In this document: in pieces, positions 1 to 10,302 of the stretch
Position numbering within the stretch: position 1 is the first letter of the stretch
Layout: the number at the start of each line of letters is the position of its first letter
Position numbers and translations under genes: made by a program
Notes under the pieces: model-generated
Database searches by the model: none
Told to the model about the DNA's origin: nothing
What the model saw: only the letters and a program-made list of their open reading frames with translations
NCBI GenBank assembly: GCA_963745835.1
Contig: CAVUZH010000016.1
Location: 288,001-352,000, forward strand
Direction: 5' to 3'
Source: an uncultured delta proteobacterium
GTDB taxonomy: Bacteria; Desulfobacterota; Binatia; UBA9968
DNA: 64,000 nucleotides

Positions 1-1
1 G

Positions 2-133
2 GTGCTGTTTGCCGGCTACACGATCGTTTGTAACGAGGACCAAGCGCGAATCTTTTTAGAGACAGCCCGGCAATGCTGCCCCGAGGTAATCCCACACATA
101 GAGCAAGCCATCAAGCTCGCCCAAAGCGGCTAA
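2..133 (+). CDS. 3' end of a small hypothetical protein (truncated by window edge)
   Basis: Open frame from position 2, VLFAGYTIVCNEDQARIFLETARQCCPEVIPHIEQAIKLAQSG, stop TAA 131-133; convergent with the next gene. Confidence 0.55.
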   Translation: MLFAGYTIVCNEDQARIFLETARQCCPEVIPHIEQAIKLAQSG

Positions 134-191
134 TGGCCGGTATAGAACAAGTGCGCTCTAATTGGCTGGAGCAGAGCAAGCTGTCATGGCT

Positions 192-1175
192 TTACCCTTT
201 CGCTGCTCTTTGTACTTTCCTTAATAGACTCATATCTTCCAGGTCATCAGGCGTAAACGGCTTGACGATTTTTAAACTGTCCCTGTAGACATCAATCTCG
301 CGCTCAACAGCGGCGCGCGGTTTAGTGCCATCTTTGCTGTAGGATTGCATCTGCGTCGCAAAAGCCTTTTCTGCCAGCGGCAAATCGATTTTGTGAAAGC
401 CGGCGATGTATTGAATAACCTCATGCCGGTTAGCCGGGTTGTGCAGGTAAACCAAAGTACGATGCAAGCCGGCGATCAGCCCATAAGCTTTGGTCGGATC
501 TTTTGTCAATGAATCGGTGGATGCGACAAGACCGATGAAGCTAAGCGGCGCATAAGTCCTCGCTTCAGCCAGTCGCCGGTAGCCCTTCGCTTCCAATTCT
601 TCGATGTACGGCGGTGCCATCAGGGTGGCGGCGACTCTGCGCGAGGTTAACGCCTTGTAGGCGTTGTCGGTCACTTGCGTCGCTAGAAGCGTCACCCGTC
701 CCGGATCAATGCCATTGCCTTTTAGGACCAACGCCGCAGACATCCCCACAGCATCGGTCAGAGCCGTAACCGCAACCACTTTTCCGATCAATTCTTGCAC
801 GCTTTTAATTTCAGGTTGCGCGATCAGCGCGTGGCTTGGATCGTGCTGCACGTAGAACACTCTCTTCAGCGGCAACCCACGCATGATGGCAGAGGTCGCG
901 GCGCCCAAGGTCGCGGAGAAGTCCAATTCGCCGGCGACCAAAGCAGCGATGGCGGTGGGCGGCGCCATGACGATCAACTGCGGATCGATCTGCTCCGCTG
1001 CGAAGAATCCTTTATCCTTGCCGAAGTAGTACGGCATAATCGACAGACTCCTCGATGGAACATGAATGCTTACACGGGTCGCGCTCGACGCCGCAGCGCC
1101 CGGTGAAGCAAATAAGCTAATCACAATCAGGATGACGAGTGTGATGACCATCTTGGCGCCAAAAATTTTGTACAT
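192..1175 (-). CDS. ABC transporter substrate-binding protein, NMT1/THI5 (SsuA/TauA)-like
   Basis: Signal peptide, KDKGFFAAEQID, AIAALVAGELDF and IKSVQELIGKVVAV motifs; ATG 1175 chosen although the ORF extends to 1223. Confidence 0.85.
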   Translation of the reverse strand: MYKIFGAKMVITLVILIVISLFASPGAAASSATRVSIHVPSRSLSIMPYYFGKDKGFFAAEQIDPQLIVMAPPTAIAALVAGELDFSATLGAATSAIMRGLPLKRVFYVQHDPSHALIAQPEIKSVQELIGKVVAVTALTDAVGMSAALVLKGNGIDPGRVTLLATQVTDNAYKALTSRRVAATLMAPPYIEELEAKGYRRLAEARTYAPLSFIGLVASTDSLTKDPTKAYGLIAGLHRTLVYLHNPANRHEVIQYIAGFHKIDLPLAEKAFATQMQSYSKDGTKPRAAVEREIDVYRDSLKIVKPFTPDDLEDMSLLRKVQRAAKG

Positions 1176-1402
1176 GAAACCTTCTAGTTTGCTAAGGTCG
1201 GAGCACGGCCTCGGATGAATCAATTCCGACGCCGAAACCCGGGCTCGCCGGGCCTAAACACATTTTAATTAAATCGCGAGGCGAACGCCCGACGCTCTGC
1301 GCGAATCTAATGATGCTCGAAATCGGTGACCATGAGTTCTCCAGCTAAACGAAGTAGCCTAAGGAGCGCCCAAGGTGGTGCGGATTAACGCAAACCTCGT
1401 AC

Positions 1403-2260
1403 TCAACTGTCAAGCGCTATGCTCTGGTTATCTCTGATAAAGCACACAGGCATATGGGTCGTGTTGCGAGCGTAACCGATTCGTCCGTGGCAATCGATCA
1501 TGATCAGGCCGGCTTGGGCTCCTGTTTTTGCCTCCAACAGTTCCAGAGATTTACGCGCGGCCGCATTTGGATCGATCCCTTCGGCGAGAAAGTCGATGGC
1601 AGTCTTGCCCAGGACAACGCGAATGATCGCTTCGCCCAATCCCGTGCAAGAGACACCACCGCGATCATCGGCATACGTTCCGCAGCCGGGCAGGGGGGAA
1701 TCGCCGATGCGGCCCGGCAGCTTATTGAAAATCCCGCCGGTGGAAGTCGCCACGGCGATCTTTCCGTTAGCGTCCAACACCACGCACCCCACCGTGCCGT
1801 GCTTCTCTGCCCAACGTTTTCTCTCGCGTTCGACAACCAGCGATTCTGGAGAACATTCCGGAAAGCCAATTTCCCGCGCAAACATCAGCGCGCCCTCGCC
1901 CGCCAGGATCACGTGCCGGCCATCCTCCATGACCCGACGCGCTAGCTTGATCGGGTTCTTGATTCGTTGTAACGCTGCCACGGCGCCAACACGCAACAAA
2001 TCGCCGTCCATGATCGCCGCATCCGTCTCCACTTTGCCAATTTGATTGAGCGTCGAACCGGTACCGGCATTGAAAAGCGGATTATCTTCGAGGACCATCA
2101 CTGCGGCTTCCGCCGCGTCCAGTGCCGATCCGTTCTGCGCAAGAATATCCCAGGCCGCCAGCGCCGCTGCTTTGCATCCGTCGAGCCGCTCTGGCAGCGA
2201 ATCGTCCCGGATCGGACCGGCGCCGCCATGGACGATTACGGCTGGTTTGGCATTGGTCAT
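1403..2260 (-). CDS. iaaA: Isoaspartyl peptidase / L-asparaginase (Ntn hydrolase, Asparaginase_2)
   Basis: IVHGGAG, LEDNPLFNAGTGS, HG|TVGCV autocleavage site, ATSTGG, GRIGDSP, SCTGLGE. Confidence 0.93.
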   Translation of the reverse strand: MTNAKPAVIVHGGAGPIRDDSLPERLDGCKAAALAAWDILAQNGSALDAAEAAVMVLEDNPLFNAGTGSTLNQIGKVETDAAIMDGDLLRVGAVAALQRIKNPIKLARRVMEDGRHVILAGEGALMFAREIGFPECSPESLVVERERKRWAEKHGTVGCVVLDANGKIAVATSTGGIFNKLPGRIGDSPLPGCGTYADDRGGVSCTGLGEAIIRVVLGKTAIDFLAEGIDPNAAARKSLELLEAKTGAQAGLIMIDCHGRIGYARNTTHMPVCFIRDNQSIALDS

Positions 2261-2343
2261 AATGTTTCAAAACAATCTGGAGTGTTACCGGATAATCCTC
2301 CGCGCACCATCGAGTCTCGACTTTGAACTACCAGGGCGCTTTG

Positions 2344-2970
2344 TCAATTCAGTTCTCTGAGGATCGCGCGGCAGGGTGCGCCGTCCGATCCCGCCAGTTT
2401 CACCGGTGGGCAAATCAGCTCATACCGGCCCGGCGGAACCTGCGATAGATCGACGCCCTCGAGAAGCACCACTCCGTGATCGAGGAATGCTCGATGAACC
2501 GGAACCTGTTCATCGGCATGAGCCGCTGAAAGATAGTCGAGACCGACGAGACGAACGCCTGCATCGACCAATGCCTTCGCGCCGTCAACTGAAAATGCGG
2601 CGAAACTCGCATCATAGACGCCTTTGTGCAGTAGCTGCGAGTTGCGCGTTTTGAACAAGACTCGGTCCTCGCCTCGGATCGCGAGTTTGTTGATATCGCC
2701 TGCTGTTATATGACTGCCGGGTTCGAGCTCACAAACCCTGGCCGGGCCAATGAATAGATCCAGCGGCAGCGATTCGATCGTGACGCCCTCGGGTACGAAA
2801 TGGAAAGGCGCGTCGACATGGGTCCCGGCATGCACGCTGGTATGGATCGACGATGAATTGTTCGTATCGCCGCGGCTCATACGCTTGCGCTCGATTAGTT
2901 GCAGCGGGGTTCCGGTGACCCAATGAATCGTCTGAGGCGAAAGGCTCAGAGAGATATCGAAGAGTTTCAC
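2344..2970 (-). CDS. Cyclase family protein (kynurenine formamidase KynB-like metal hydrolase)
   Basis: HAGTHVDAPFH metal motif, VGLDYLS, C-terminal GSDGAPCRA; GTG start after GGAGG RBS. Confidence 0.9.
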   Translation of the reverse strand: MKLFDISLSLSPQTIHWVTGTPLQLIERKRMSRGDTNNSSSIHTSVHAGTHVDAPFHFVPEGVTIESLPLDLFIGPARVCELEPGSHITAGDINKLAIRGEDRVLFKTRNSQLLHKGVYDASFAAFSVDGAKALVDAGVRLVGLDYLSAAHADEQVPVHRAFLDHGVVLLEGVDLSQVPPGRYELICPPVKLAGSDGAPCRAILRELN

Positions 2971-3030
2971 GGCAGCACCTCCTGTCGTGTCGGATCTTAT
3001 GCGACACTGTTCGGACTCACAAGTATGAAC

Positions 3031-3906
3031 TCATCTGCCCAGATGGATCGCCGCATTGCCGGCAACGACGCTCAATATACCGAGAAGAGTTTTAAGATTG
3101 ATCGGTTCCATCTGCCGCAGAAAAATTCGTGCTTCAATGAGCGCCCAGATTGGATAACTGGCAGCGATCGGCGCTACCACCACAACCCGGCCCATACTGA
3201 TGGCTGTTATGATAAAAAGAATTGAAAAGGTTTCGAATAAGCCGGTGCCAATAAACGGCCAAAAAGACCTGCGGTCCCAGACCAGCTTCTGTGACCGCGG
3301 CGAAGCCGCCAGGTAGATCAAAAATCCAGCTAGAGAGACAGTGCCCATAAGAGCGGAAAAAAACAGCGGCTCGTTGGCCATGGCGAGAACGTAACGACGA
3401 ATCGGATGGTTCATGCCGGTCAGAAAAGCGGCTCCGAGCGGCAGCAATAGGTGCCACCGGCGAAATGCCGCAAGCTGTTGTTCCGGCTTCCAAGAAACCA
3501 AAACGATGCCGCCAACCACCAGGACCGTCCCCAGCACGATCAACAGAGAGGGTTGTTCGCCGAGAATTGTCACCGCAATAATGGCGCTGACTAACGGGCT
3601 GATCGACTGGAGCGCGCTGCTGCGCGATGCGCCGATCTTTTCCACGCCGGTATAAGCAAGAAGTCGAACACCCAGCTGAAAGATTCCTACCACAGTAAAC
3701 AAAAGAATTCCGGCTAACGGCACCGCATGCACGCCGCCGCTGGCATAGACTGCCGACCACAGCAGCAGGTTCTGCATGAGAATCGAAAACAGGGTCACCG
3801 TCGTCGGGGTTGAATAGCGCAGGCCGGCGCGCGCCGACACCAGCGCGGATGCGTATAGGACCGAGGTTATCAAAGCCAGCAGTTGCGCTGTGGCGTCGGA
3901 AGTCAT
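3031..3906 (-). CDS. EamA/DMT family transporter
   Basis: 291 aa, about 10 hydrophobic segments, two EamA repeats (IGASRS...SPLVSAIIAVTILGE). Confidence 0.88.
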   Translation of the reverse strand: MTSDATAQLLALITSVLYASALVSARAGLRYSTPTTVTLFSILMQNLLLWSAVYASGGVHAVPLAGILLFTVVGIFQLGVRLLAYTGVEKIGASRSSALQSISPLVSAIIAVTILGEQPSLLIVLGTVLVVGGIVLVSWKPEQQLAAFRRWHLLLPLGAAFLTGMNHPIRRYVLAMANEPLFFSALMGTVSLAGFLIYLAASPRSQKLVWDRRSFWPFIGTGLFETFSILFIITAISMGRVVVVAPIAASYPIWALIEARIFLRQMEPINLKTLLGILSVVAGNAAIHLGR

Positions 3907-4184
3907 AACCAGGTGAAACTCGCAACAACAGAAGCACGCTTTGATGAGAGTGAAGGCAGTTTAAATTACTCGAGCTGGGCGTCGGGCCGAGCCTCTTGAT
4001 AGACTCGTTTACAGATGCTTGAAGGTCAACCGTTCTCTAGAAAATTTTCTGTAGATTCTTTTACTGGCGGCTCGAATTTCCAAAGCATCGTGCGGTTCCC
4101 GTAATCGTGTGCATAGAATCGGCTCTCGGCTCTGAGCCCCACACGCAACCAGAGCCAAGCGATGGAGCCAAGGAACGGGGGTCT

Positions 4185-4752
4185 TCAGCTGGCTGCGAGC
4201 GCGCGGCGAAATTTTTCACGATGCTCGTGGCTGTAAAGCCGCGGGAAATTCTCGGGGTACGCTTCGCCGGGTTCGACTTTCAGATCGACAAAGATCGGCC
4301 CGTCTTCCTTTAGAATGCGCGGCAACTCGCGTTCCCATTCGGCAATATCGGCCAGTTCGTAGGTGTTTCGGTATCCTGCGGTTTTGGCAAGATCGCTAAA
4401 TCGAATTTGTCCGGCGCGCGGTATCGGCACGGCGCCGTTGGTTTCGTAGGTGCCGTTTTCGCAAAGGCAATGAACTAGATTCTTTGGCGCTTGGTTGGCG
4501 ATGGTGACCAAGCTGCCAAGGTTCATCAGCAAACTACCGTCTCCGTCGAAAACGATGATCGCGCCGGTCCGGGCGCCCGAGGGCCAAACCGAGAGCATGG
4601 GATGAACCCTGCCCCATCGCGCCGGTGAAAGTATAATTAAGATCATTGGGCGCAATATGCGTAATCTCTTGCGCCGCCATGTAAACCGCCACAACGATTT
4701 CATCTTTTCGTTGACGTGCGAAGGCTTTGAGCATTTCATCGCGTTTCATCAT
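4185..4752 (-). pseudogene. Sulfopyruvate/phosphonopyruvate decarboxylase beta-subunit-like TPP enzyme, frameshifted
   Basis: N-part (GAMGQGSSHALGLALGRPDRR) and C-part (IIVFDGDGSLLMNLGSL, TPP motif) are in different frames; removing one base at about 4560 (CGC-G-ATC on the minus strand) joins them. Confidence 0.85.
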
Positions 4753-4754
4753 CG

Positions 4755-5264
4755 CTAGCGCGGCTCCCTTCCGATTAGTACAGCTACAGGAAACGATTCA
4801 GCGAAGGCTTTGTCGATGGCCGGGCCGATTTTTTTCGCGTCGGCGTCACGCTCAACGAGGTGGTGTTCGATTCCCATCACGTCAAGAATCGGCTCGATAA
4901 TCTTCACTCCATACTTCTTGGACTTTGTCGGCGCCACGTCCGGTTCTTTACCCAGTAGCCCGACAATCATGCAGACCGGAAATCTCCCTTCGACGCCAAT
5001 GCCGCGGATCGAGTTGATCGAATCGAGTAAACCCGTGTACTGCATCATCAGAACCGAACGCTTGCCTGCGGCGTAAAGCCCGCTGCACACCGAGACGCCT
5101 TCGTCTTCCTTGCATACCTGAACGACATGAAAGTCGCCGTCGCTCAGCATTCCTTTGAGAAGATGTTGACTGGTGACCCGGTCCGGCAAGGCAACGACGA
5201 AGTGAATGCCGGCGCGTCTAATCTCGCTGCTGATTGCTGCAGCCGTCAACGGGTAATCGGGCAT
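4755..5264 (-). CDS. Sulfopyruvate decarboxylase alpha-subunit-like (TPP enzyme N-terminal domain)
   Basis: ALPD, VCKEDEGVSVCSG and MMQYTGLLDSIN motifs; ATG 5264 after GGGGAGG; adjacent to the beta gene. Confidence 0.85.
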   Translation of the reverse strand: MPDYPLTAAAISSEIRRAGIHFVVALPDRVTSQHLLKGMLSDGDFHVVQVCKEDEGVSVCSGLYAAGKRSVLMMQYTGLLDSINSIRGIGVEGRFPVCMIVGLLGKEPDVAPTKSKKYGVKIIEPILDVMGIEHHLVERDADAKKIGPAIDKAFAESFPVAVLIGREPR

Positions 5265-5288
5265 GGCAGCCTCCCCGGATAAAAATCT

Positions 5289-5451
5289 GTTCAACCGTTC
5301 AAGGTTCAACGTCAGAGCACTTTCGCGCGTTCAACCTACTCAAACCGATCGGAATAGGTTTGCACCTAAAACATTGAATGTTTTGAGCCATCGGCGTTGT
5401 GCGGCTCCCGGCTGTCTGGCATTGAACCTTTGAACTGTTGAACTTTTGAAC
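5289..5451. repeat. Inverted arrays of short GTTCAA / TTGAAC tandem units in an intergenic spacer
   Basis: GTTCAA at 5289, 5297, 5304, 5329; TTGAAC at 5422, 5430, 5438, 5446 (8-bp period). Confidence 0.75.
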
Positions 5452-5455
5452 CTTC

Positions 5456-6967
5456 CTATGCGACTTCCTGCACAAAATCCGCCAAGCGCTCGCCGATCAT
5501 GATCGAGGTTAAATTCGTATTGGCCCGACTCACGACCGGCATAATCGAAGCGTCTCCAACCCAAAGATTGGCAATCCCATGAACCCGCAACCTCTGATCG
5601 ACCACCGCCATGCTGTCAGACGCCGGTCCCATCTTACAGGTGCCAACGCCGTGATGATAGCTGTCATAGGTCGTCCGCGCGAACTTGCCCCAATCTTCGC
5701 CGGGACTTGGTTGAATCAAAGGACCGTAAAACTCTCTGGTCTGCTCCTTGTGCACGAGCTCATCGATGAACTGCATGGCTTCGATCATTGCTTTTAAATC
5801 TTCGGGATGTTCGAGCATGCAGGAGTCAATGCCGAGCTGCTCCTGAGGGTCCGCGCTCTGCAAAAAAACCCGGCCGCGATTTCGCTGCTCGAGCAAGTGC
5901 GCCGAGACCGGCATCATGCGCTTAAGGCCGCTCACCTCAGTCGGCGGCCGCATGTTGATGTGAAAATTGGCCGCCTCACTGATTGGGTTCTTACGAATGA
6001 TCAGGCGGAAGCGCGGCACAACCCAATCTTCTTTGGACTCTCTGGGCCCTTCGAAAGTCATAAACACCACCGGATGGTCTTGATAGTTTTCGCCGATTCC
6101 TTTCAGCTCATGGACCACCGGAATGCCATGTTTTTTTAGCTGGTCACTTTGGCCGATTCCCGAAAGCATCAGTATCTGCGGCGAACCATATACCCCGGCA
6201 GTGAGCAGAATTTGCCCGCCCAGCACGGAGTGCACCTGGCCGTTCTTCTCATAACGCACGCCTTCGGCTTTTTTGCCAGAGAGCTGCAGAGAGTGGACCG
6301 TGGCCTCAGCGATAATCGTCAAATTGGGCCGGCCACGTACCGGGTCGAGATAGGCTATCGTCGTCGATTGGCGTTTGCCGTTCTTAATATTGTACGGCGA
6401 AGCGCAAACACCGTACGGCTCCGGCACGTTGAGATCGGGACATCTCGGCAAGCCCATACTATAAGCGGCGTCAATGAATGCGCGCACCGGCGGCGATGCC
6501 GGCATATCGAGAGTATAATGCCGCTTGACGTAGAGCGGCCCATCGTTACCGTGAATCGGACTATCGGGAAAATCCTGGTCCGACTCGATGCGTCTCATAA
6601 ACGGCAAGCAGGTCTGGTAGGACCAATCGGGATTGCCGGCCTGCACCCATTGATCAAGATCATAACGCTGCGGGCGCAGCACCGACATCACGTTTACCGA
6701 AGAGCCGCCGCCCATAATGCGGCCGGCAAGGGCATAATAAGTGCTGCCGTCGAGATGCCGTTGGGTCGGAAACATCGCGACGTATTCTGATTCAAGTAAC
6801 AAGCGCGTCTGATTCGAAGCCTCGGCGACAAGCTCGGGCAATGGCTGCGGGTCAGGCCCGGCTTCGAGCAACAAAACTTTGCGACTCGGGTCTTCTGTAA
6901 GCCGGTTGGCGGCCACGAGGCCGGCGGAGCCTCCGCCGACGATAATAACGTCATACTTATCTGCCAT
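5456..6967 (-). CDS. GMC family oxidoreductase (choline dehydrogenase-like)
   Basis: GGGSAG FAD motif, GRIMGGGSSVN, GENYQDHP, HGVGTCKMG, DASIMP. Confidence 0.93.
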   Translation of the reverse strand: MADKYDVIIVGGGSAGLVAANRLTEDPSRKVLLLEAGPDPQPLPELVAEASNQTRLLLESEYVAMFPTQRHLDGSTYYALAGRIMGGGSSVNVMSVLRPQRYDLDQWVQAGNPDWSYQTCLPFMRRIESDQDFPDSPIHGNDGPLYVKRHYTLDMPASPPVRAFIDAAYSMGLPRCPDLNVPEPYGVCASPYNIKNGKRQSTTIAYLDPVRGRPNLTIIAEATVHSLQLSGKKAEGVRYEKNGQVHSVLGGQILLTAGVYGSPQILMLSGIGQSDQLKKHGIPVVHELKGIGENYQDHPVVFMTFEGPRESKEDWVVPRFRLIIRKNPISEAANFHINMRPPTEVSGLKRMMPVSAHLLEQRNRGRVFLQSADPQEQLGIDSCMLEHPEDLKAMIEAMQFIDELVHKEQTREFYGPLIQPSPGEDWGKFARTTYDSYHHGVGTCKMGPASDSMAVVDQRLRVHGIANLWVGDASIMPVVSRANTNLTSIMIGERLADFVQEVA

Positions 6968-6991
6968 CGAAACTCTTCCTCCGTCGCGCGC

Positions 6992-7450
6992 TCACGCTCT
7001 GGCTGTGGCGCCCAGACCCTGACGTAGGCGCCTGGTAAACTCTTGCAAAATCAATGTCGCTGTGGCGCGCAGCACCATATCCCCGAGAATTCCGAGCCGT
7101 CCTTTGATCTTGATGTCGGCACGGTAGTTCATCATCGTCTCATTGGCGGCAGGCTCTTGCAGATCCACGAGCATATCGGCATTCACCGTGCTCTTGGTCA
7201 CAGAATCCGTTCCCTCTGTCTTCACCACCATTTGTTCCGGTGGTTTACTTTCAACAATCATTGCACGAAAAGAAAATTTGCCCGAGATCGGGCCAACATT
7301 GGCGGCGATAACCCCGTCAAAGGTTTTGGCATCGATTTGTTTGACCTCCTGCAGGCCAGGCAGGCACGATGAGAATTTATTGATGTCGATCAGAAAATCC
7401 CACGTCTTGGCCGCAGGCACATCAAGATCGATCTTTCCTTCAAAAATCAT
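6992..7450 (-). CDS. CoxG / SRPBCC domain protein
   Basis: WDFLID...SCLPG and VGPISGKF, typical of CoxG; next to a molybdopterin enzyme gene. Confidence 0.85.
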   Translation of the reverse strand: MIFEGKIDLDVPAAKTWDFLIDINKFSSCLPGLQEVKQIDAKTFDGVIAANVGPISGKFSFRAMIVESKPPEQMVVKTEGTDSVTKSTVNADMLVDLQEPAANETMMNYRADIKIKGRLGILGDMVLRATATLILQEFTRRLRQGLGATARA

Positions 7451-7751
7451 CCTTGCTCCTCAATCAAAATCAGCGCCGATCTTATGCGACAAAAAAACTT
7501 CTGACAAGTGGATTAAGGCAGAAGGATGAACCGGAAAAGATAAACAGCCGGTATCGTGTTCGCAAAACAGGCGGGCCCGTGTCTTTGGACATTCTCCATG
7601 GGTTGAAGCTCGTCCTAGTGCCCGAAACAGAACACGAGCACGAATACGCCGAGGCTGAGTTTAGCCGTATTCACGTAACACTGGTAACCAGCCACGATGC
7701 TGGCCGAGCGCTGGCGCGCTCTCCACTGAACGTTCCCGAAATCGAATCGAA

Positions 7752-9977
7752 CTACTTACCGCCGTGCAGTGCTTCGTAAATCTTTTCTGCGGTAATCGGC
7801 AGGCTCTTGATGCGCACGCCGCAAGCATCTTCAACGGCGTTAGCGATGGCCGCGGCCGTGGGGATGTTGCCCGTCTCGCCGATCGGCATGCTGTCATAAG
7901 GACCCGCGCCGTGCGGCTCTTCCGTAACCGAACCTTTGAACACAGGAACATCCTTGATCGTGGGGATCTTGTACTCGCCGAAGTGAGTCGTTGCGACTTT
8001 GCCGTCGCTAATAACGACTTCTTCCATCAGCGTGTACCCGATGCCGGTCATGCTTGCGCCCTCGATCTGCCCCTGGTGCATCAGCGGGTTGAGCACCGTG
8101 CCGGTGTTATGCGTCGAAGTGAATTTTCTGAGATCAACCCGTCCGGTTTCCGGGTCGACTTCCACTTCCGCGACCTGCACGCACATGGAAGCGGCGTGAA
8201 TCTTCTTATTGTCGTTAAACGTGGCATCCACCGTGATCGGCGCGCCGTTGGCTTTGACAATTTCACCGTACGTGAGTCGCCTTTCCATGCGCGGGTGCAG
8301 CGCCGCGCCCTTAGCAAGCACGATTTGATCGGCCGCCACGCCCATCTGGCTCGCCGCCGCTTGCTTAATCGCATCCACGGCCTTCAAAGCCGCTTGGTAG
8401 CCCGCGGTGCCATAAACTCGCGTCGCGCGGCTGCCGCCGACGCCGGTATCCTTCACGCCGGTCTGCGTGTCCAGTTGCTGAGCCTTGACCTGGCTGAGTG
8501 GGATTTTGAGCTCTTCGGCAACGATTTCGCTCAGCACGGTGTAGGTTCCAGCTCCTTGGTCCGCCATGGCGGAGGAAATCGTAGCGATGCCTTTTTCATC
8601 CAGCGAAATGGCGACGGTACCCGTCCCACCGGCGGGGGTCCACTGCACCAACGCGATGCCGCGCCCGACGTTTTTCGCCTTGGTTTTCTCGTAGCCGGAA
8701 TCGTCCAGGGCTTTTCTAAGGGTCTCGTCGGTCTTGATATAGCTATACTCCTCCCCAGTGGGATCGATGTCGCCGTCGTGCATGAAGTTTTTCTGGCGCA
8801 GCTTGATCGGGTCCATGCCCAACCGTTTCGCGATTATGTTCATCTGGCTCTCGTTAGCAAAGAATCCCTGGGGATCGCCGGGCGAGCGCATATGGCCGCA
8901 GGGGATCTTGTTGGTGTAGACCATATGCTCCTCGATAAAGACATGAGGAATATTGTACGGCCCGGCCGACAGGTGCGGCCCGTTGAGAAACGCATTGGGC
9001 TTGAACGCGCCGTAGGCGCCGCTGTCGAAGATGAAGCTCATGCGGTGCGCGACCAGAGTGCCGTCTTTCTTTACGCCGGTTTTGACGTGGATGATCGAAG
9101 CGTGACGTGGATTGCCGGCGACGAATTCTTCTTCATAGTCCATCACCAATTTCACTGGCCGTCCGGCTTTCTTGGACAAAAGATAGACCACGGCAAGATC
9201 CATGAAATCGCCCTTGCCGCCGAAGTCGCCGCCAATGTAGACGGGGTTAAAGTTGAGTTTCTCTGGCGGCAGTTTGAGCGCATTGGCGACCTGTTCGCGC
9301 ACGCCGTAGGGCACCTTGCTGCACGACCAGAACTCCGCCGAACCGTCGGTCGCCGCGCTCACCACGCAGGAATGAGGCTCGATGTAACTCTGATGCACCA
9401 CCGGAGTGGTAAATGTGTTCTCGACGATGAGGTCGGCCTGGCGGAAACCGTCCTCGAGGTCGCCCTTGCCCCAGGTAACATAAACGAACTCATTGGACGG
9501 CGCCTCCAGCGCCTTAGGCAGACCTTTGTAGTTCATGACATCCGGGTGCAATAACTTTGCGCCGGGCTTCATGGCCTCGACCGGATCCAAAAGCGGTTCG
9601 GTTTCTTCGAATTCGACTTCGACGAGATTGAGCGCCTCCTCGGCGATGCTCTCATTGTCTGCCGCTACCGCGGCAACTTTCTCGCCGATGAATCGCACTT
9701 CGCCGTCTGCCAGGATCGGCATATCGTAGAGCCTGCGGCCAATCCGCAGGCCGGTACAATCTTCTCCGGTCACCACCGCGTGCACACCGGGGAGCGCTTC
9801 TGCCTTGCTGACATCAATCCTTTTTATCTTCCCGGATGCGATCGGGCTTCTATAGAGCTTGCCCCACAACATTCCCGGCAGGGTTACATCGACCGCATAC
9901 TTGGCCTTGCCGCTGACTTTTAGCTCGCCCTCCACCCTCGGTGTTGGATTGCCTACAACCTGCTTCGACGCTGCCAT
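7752..9977 (-). CDS. Xanthine dehydrogenase / CO dehydrogenase family molybdopterin-binding large subunit
   Basis: KVSGKAKY, GGDFGGK, GHMRSPGDPQ, GQIEGA, YKIPTIKD and PITAEKI motifs. Confidence 0.93.
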   Translation of the reverse strand: MAASKQVVGNPTPRVEGELKVSGKAKYAVDVTLPGMLWGKLYRSPIASGKIKRIDVSKAEALPGVHAVVTGEDCTGLRIGRRLYDMPILADGEVRFIGEKVAAVAADNESIAEEALNLVEVEFEETEPLLDPVEAMKPGAKLLHPDVMNYKGLPKALEAPSNEFVYVTWGKGDLEDGFRQADLIVENTFTTPVVHQSYIEPHSCVVSAATDGSAEFWSCSKVPYGVREQVANALKLPPEKLNFNPVYIGGDFGGKGDFMDLAVVYLLSKKAGRPVKLVMDYEEEFVAGNPRHASIIHVKTGVKKDGTLVAHRMSFIFDSGAYGAFKPNAFLNGPHLSAGPYNIPHVFIEEHMVYTNKIPCGHMRSPGDPQGFFANESQMNIIAKRLGMDPIKLRQKNFMHDGDIDPTGEEYSYIKTDETLRKALDDSGYEKTKAKNVGRGIALVQWTPAGGTGTVAISLDEKGIATISSAMADQGAGTYTVLSEIVAEELKIPLSQVKAQQLDTQTGVKDTGVGGSRATRVYGTAGYQAALKAVDAIKQAAASQMGVAADQIVLAKGAALHPRMERRLTYGEIVKANGAPITVDATFNDNKKIHAASMCVQVAEVEVDPETGRVDLRKFTSTHNTGTVLNPLMHQGQIEGASMTGIGYTLMEEVVISDGKVATTHFGEYKIPTIKDVPVFKGSVTEEPHGAGPYDSMPIGETGNIPTAAAIANAVEDACGVRIKSLPITAEKIYEALHGGK

Positions 9978-10270
9978 CAAGCTACCTCCATCTTCTCAAT
10001 GAAATGATAGTATCTTAAAATATTCCGCACGGCCGCCGCTGATGAACTTGCCTAGGCTTAAAAAAGATTAGCTGACTGAGGGGCGTGGGTTATTGAGCGA
10101 ATGTAGGGGAAAACAGCTCGATCTGCAACTATGTAAACGCAAACTTACGGCCTTAGCGATGTATTGAAAAAGCACTAGGACGAGTGCAGTAGGTTTGCAT
10201 TTGAGCAGTTTGCCGCGGTAAGCGAGAATCAATGAATGGGGCTCGATCATGCTAGGGCCGCTTAAACTGT

Positions 10271-10302
10271 AGCCGATGGCGCGATTAATCGTTGCATCGG
10301 CT
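10271..10302. promoter_or_regulatory. 32-bp near-perfect palindrome in a divergent intergenic region (candidate operator)
   Basis: AGCCGATG-GCG-CGATTAATCG-TTG-CATCGGCT between the divergent XDH and kinase genes. Confidence 0.4.

Noticed and set aside
7764-9554. 596-aa plus-strand ORF
   Set aside because: Antisense shadow of the molybdopterin subunit gene; no recognisable motifs, expected from GC-biased codon usage.
10278-10296. TGGCGCG...TTGCA as a sigma54 promoter
   Set aside because: Spacing between the -24 and -12 boxes is 8 nt rather than 4.
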